DNA from: Planctomycetota bacterium
GTDB taxonomy: Bacteria > Planctomycetota > UBA1135 > GCA-002748355
Direction of reading: 5' to 3'
DNA: 64,000 nt
Assembly (NCBI GenBank): GCA_011321845.1
Contig: DROQ01000081.1
Coordinates: forward strand, 3,237-67,236
Position 1 is the stretch's first letter, and each line of letters starts with the position of its first letter. Positions 61,425 to 64,000 of the stretch are shown one piece after another. A model generated the notes under the pieces. It saw only the letters and a list, made by a program, of their open reading frames with translations, had not been told where the DNA came from and ran no database searches. The translations under genes and the position numbers were made by a program.

Positions 61425-62021
61425 ATGAAGAACAGAAAAATGGGATGGCTGGGCTCCACAGCCCAACGGGGTTTTACCTTTATCGAGCTGGTGGTCGTCA
61501 TCGCGGTGATCGCCCTCCTGGCTGGGGTCTTGATCCCCAACGTCACCAGTGTGACGAAGGACGCCAAGGCTTCCAAAATCCTCCAGCTCTATGATTCGAT
61601 GCGGACAGCCTGTGAGCGGTACTACATTGACATGGGCTCCCTCCCCATCGAGTACTCGGGTTCCAGCTACAACTCTGCCAGCTACCATCTCCTCTCCCTG
61701 ACCCAGTCCAGTTCCAACTGGAAGGGGCCGTACATCGACCATCCCTTGTCGACAGGGGACAACCCCTTCGACTCCACCGTCTACCTCTATAACTCGATTG
61801 GATCCCACGCCTCGAACGGCTTCGATCTCAATGGCGATGGGACGGACGATGCCACCGGAACGGGGAATTACCTGGTCCTCTGGGGGATCCCCTCGGACAC
61901 GGCCCAATTCGTGGATTCGGCGCTGGACAAGGGCAACCTCGGTTCCGACTGGAAGACCTCCGGCCGGGTCGAATACGTGAGTTCGGAAAAGAAACTCGCC
62001 ATCCTCATCCTGGACGCATAA
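61425..62021 (+). CDS. Prepilin-type N-terminal cleavage/methylation domain protein, GspG-like pseudopilin
   Basis: The leader ends ...AQRG / FTFIELVVVIAVIALLAGV (G-F-T-x-x-E). It has WKGPY and an Asp-rich DLNGDGTDD loop like T2SS major pseudopilins. The start is ATG 61425 or 61440. Confidence 0.8.
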   Translation: MKNRKMGWLGSTAQRGFTFIELVVVIAVIALLAGVLIPNVTSVTKDAKASKILQLYDSMRTACERYYIDMGSLPIEYSGSSYNSASYHLLSLTQSSSNWKGPYIDHPLSTGDNPFDSTVYLYNSIGSHASNGFDLNGDGTDDATGTGNYLVLWGIPSDTAQFVDSALDKGNLGSDWKTSGRVEYVSSEKKLAILILDA

Positions 62022-62097
62022 GCCTGAGGGCCACGAGGACTCGGATCCTTTGGGCTGGAGGCATGCCTCGAAGGAGGTTTGAGGCTATCCTCCCTGC

Positions 62098-62751
62098 ATG
62101 TGGATGATCACCGCGGGGCCGACCCGGGAATACCTGGACGACGTTCGATTCCTCTCCAACGCCTCCTCCGGGCGGATGGCGTATTGCCTGGCCGAAGCGG
62201 CAAGAGAGCGGGGGGCCGAGGTCGTCCTCGTCAGCGGTCCGGTTTCTCTCCAAGCTCCCAAGGGGGTGGAGCTTGTGCCTGTGGTCTCGGCCGAGGAGAT
62301 GTTGGCGGCCGGTCGGGGAGTCCTCGAAAAGCGCGAGGCGGAGGTTCTCCTCGGGGTGGCGGCGGTTTGCGATTTCCGTCCCAGGTCCCGGATCCTCGGC
62401 AAACCCCCCAAGGAACGGGGGAGCTTCGAGCTGGAGCTTGTGGAGAACCCTGATGTTCTCTCCTCCCTGGTCGCCCTGGGGAGGTCCCGGCTCAACTTGG
62501 GCTTCGCCCTCGAAGACTTCGAGGGCGCCGGCGGACCCAGTTTTGAGCGGGCAGTCCAGCGTGCCCGTATCAAGCTTTATAGAAAGGGGTTAGATGCGAT
62601 TATTCTGAACCCCATTCCCCAGATGGAGGCGGAGGCGGGGACGGCGTACTGGGTCACCCAGGAGGGGGAGCCACGCTTCCTCGGTGCGGGCCCCAAGCCG
62701 GAATTGGCGGGCCGGATCGTCGAGGCCGTTTTTTCGCTGACACGAGGATAA
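62098..62751 (+). CDS. coaB: Phosphopantothenate--cysteine ligase (CoaB domain only)
   Basis: ITAGPTREYLDDVRFLSNASSGRMA, LVSGPVSL and AAVCDFRP are collinear with the C-terminal half of E. coli Dfp. An in-frame stop 18 nt upstream excludes a fused CoaC. Confidence 0.8.
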   Translation: MWMITAGPTREYLDDVRFLSNASSGRMAYCLAEAARERGAEVVLVSGPVSLQAPKGVELVPVVSAEEMLAAGRGVLEKREAEVLLGVAAVCDFRPRSRILGKPPKERGSFELELVENPDVLSSLVALGRSRLNLGFALEDFEGAGGPSFERAVQRARIKLYRKGLDAIILNPIPQMEAEAGTAYWVTQEGEPRFLGAGPKPELAGRIVEAVFSLTRG

Positions 62752-62893
62752 CCCCGAAGTCCCTGTTTCAAGGGGTCTTCGCCCGTTATCATGCGCCCTG
62801 CCTGTATGGACGGACCTCCGGCCTCTTGGCCGGCCGGAGTTTTCCAGGGAAGCAGGCGGCGGTGACCACAATGGTTCCTGGGAGGGAGCTTCG

Positions 62894-64000
62894 ATGCCAA
62901 AGGCGGAACGAAAAGGGCGGAAGGCTGCTCGCGCGGCGAGGGGGGGCTCCGGAACCAGGGAGGAGGGACCGTTCCGGGACCGATTCCGCGAGAGCCTCGG
63001 CATTCTTCTGATCGGCCTGTCCCTGTTTCTCGTCGTCTCCGGGATGAGTTACCGCTTTGGAAGCAGCCAGGATCCGCTGCTCTCCGGCGCCAGCGAGAAC
63101 TGGGGAGGGTACGTCGGGCATTTCCTTGGGGGCTTTTTCATGCAGGCTTTCGGGCTGGCGAGCTTTATCGCATTTGCCTTTGTCCTCTTCTGGGGGTTGC
63201 TCCTGCTCCTGGGCAAACCTCTTCAGCACATCTGGCCCAGGGTCTTCGGCGTCCTCGCCCTGGTTCTGGTGTTTTGCATTTTTCTCTCGGGACCGGGTCC
63301 CGACCCAAGCGGGATCCGGATGGTGACTCCCCATGGAGCGGGTGGGATCCTGGGTGCCTTTCTCTCGCCCAGGTTGCATCAGAGTTTCGGCTGGTTCGGG
63401 ACCTGGTTGCTCCTTGCCCTTACTGGTTCCATCGCGTTTTTCATTGCGACGGATTGGGCCTTGACCCAGGTTTTCGCCGACCTCAGGGCGTTCGCGGGGA
63501 AGGAGCGCCCGGAAGGGGGAGCCTTCCACAAGCTTCGCTTGGCCTTTGCGGGCAAGATCGGTGGGGTTGTGGAACGGATGAGGGCGGGTTCCAAGGCTGG
63601 AGAGGCCAAGGTCGAGGAGAGCGGGATTGGGGAGGCCGAGGTTGGGGAAGCCGAGGTGGAGGATCGAGAGTCCATGCCTGAAGAGGCGCGGCTGGAGGTG
63701 GAGGAGAGCGAGGAGGCTGCGCCTGAGCCGCGAAGAAGGCGCCGCCGCCGGAGAACCATCGAAGCCGAGCAGCCGGTAGGGGGGGAACTCCTGGAACAAG
63801 GGCTGGTGGCGAGCGAGGAAGTTCCCGAGGAGGCCCAGGGCGATGAGCCGGTCCAGCAAGAGGCGAGGAAGGGAAGAACTCCGAAAAAGGACCTTCCGAT
63901 TCAGATCTCGGGGCAAAGCAAAAAGCGGAGACGTAGGCGGAAAAAGACCGCGCGCAAACCGAGGGATGGGTGGATCTTTCCTCCTCTGGATCTCTTGGAT
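62894..64000 (+). CDS. ftsK: DNA translocase FtsK/SpoIIIE, N-terminal membrane domain and linker (truncated by window end)
   Basis: This frame is not in the ORF track because no stop is reached. My own translation from ATG 62894 gives a basic N-terminus. Four or five TM helices follow (ILLIGLSLFLVVSG, FGLASFIAFAFVLFWGLLLLL, VFGVLALVLVFCIFL, WLLLALTGSIAFFIA). Next come an acidic/basic linker and the motif W-IFPPLDLLD at the window edge, which precedes the motor domain in FtsK. Confidence 0.8.
   Translation, partial: MPKAERKGRKAARAARGGSGTREEGPFRDRFRESLGILLIGLSLFLVVSGMSYRFGSSQDPLLSGASENWGGYVGHFLGGFFMQAFGLASFIAFAFVLFWGLLLLLGKPLQHIWPRVFGVLALVLVFCIFLSGPGPDPSGIRMVTPHGAGGILGAFLSPRLHQSFGWFGTWLLLALTGSIAFFIATDWALTQVFADLRAFAGKERPEGGAFHKLRLAFAGKIGGVVERMRAGSKAGEAKVEESGIGEAEVGEAEVEDRESMPEEARLEVEESEEAAPEPRRRRRRRRTIEAEQPVGGELLEQGLVASEEVPEEAQGDEPVQQEARKGRTPKKDLPIQISGQSKKRRRRRKKTARKPRDGWIFPPLDLLD

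Overview
This is a GC-rich, gene-dense bacterial chromosomal segment with about 50 supportable CDS and 2 tRNAs. I found no rRNA, CRISPR array, transposase, integrase or phage genes. Three themes stand out. (1) Cell-envelope glycan chemistry built on lipid-linked or nucleotide sugars: a UbiA/DPPR-synthase-like gene, three GT-C-type membrane proteins, two GT2s, Ugd, a WaaP-family kinase, a ChbG-like deacetylase and a GDP-heptose module. (2) Many exported proteins: tricorn-like, M28 and S8 peptidases, FG-GAP and CarboxypepD_reg repeat proteins, and a Cys-rich propeller-like protein. (3) Housekeeping genes: mobB, rnd, thiolase, mutY, nadE, tatA, birA, coaB, ftsK (cut by the window end), tRNA-Val and tRNA-Asp. 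Most long ORFs in the track that lie opposite or out of frame to these genes are GC-driven shadow ORFs. The most system-like novelty is a tightly coupled six-gene operon (14011-19919). It joins the HddC/GmhB/HddA GDP-heptose branch to a stand-alone TPP E1 alpha/beta pair and a B12-type radical SAM enzyme, which may make a C-branched or alkylated heptose. Other items worth a second look are listed here.
- A 22-Cys YWTD-like secreted protein whose C-terminal module is shared with the FG-GAP protein.
- A GTAG-palindrome REP/BIME-like array that sits flush with two convergent stop codons.
- Two unusually long non-coding spacers (39761-40179 and 48081-48789) carrying internal repeats, palindromes and twin mini-ORFs.
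- Recurrent Lys/Pro/Ser-rich tails on exported proteins.
All calls come from reading the sequence and the supplied translations by eye. No database search was run.
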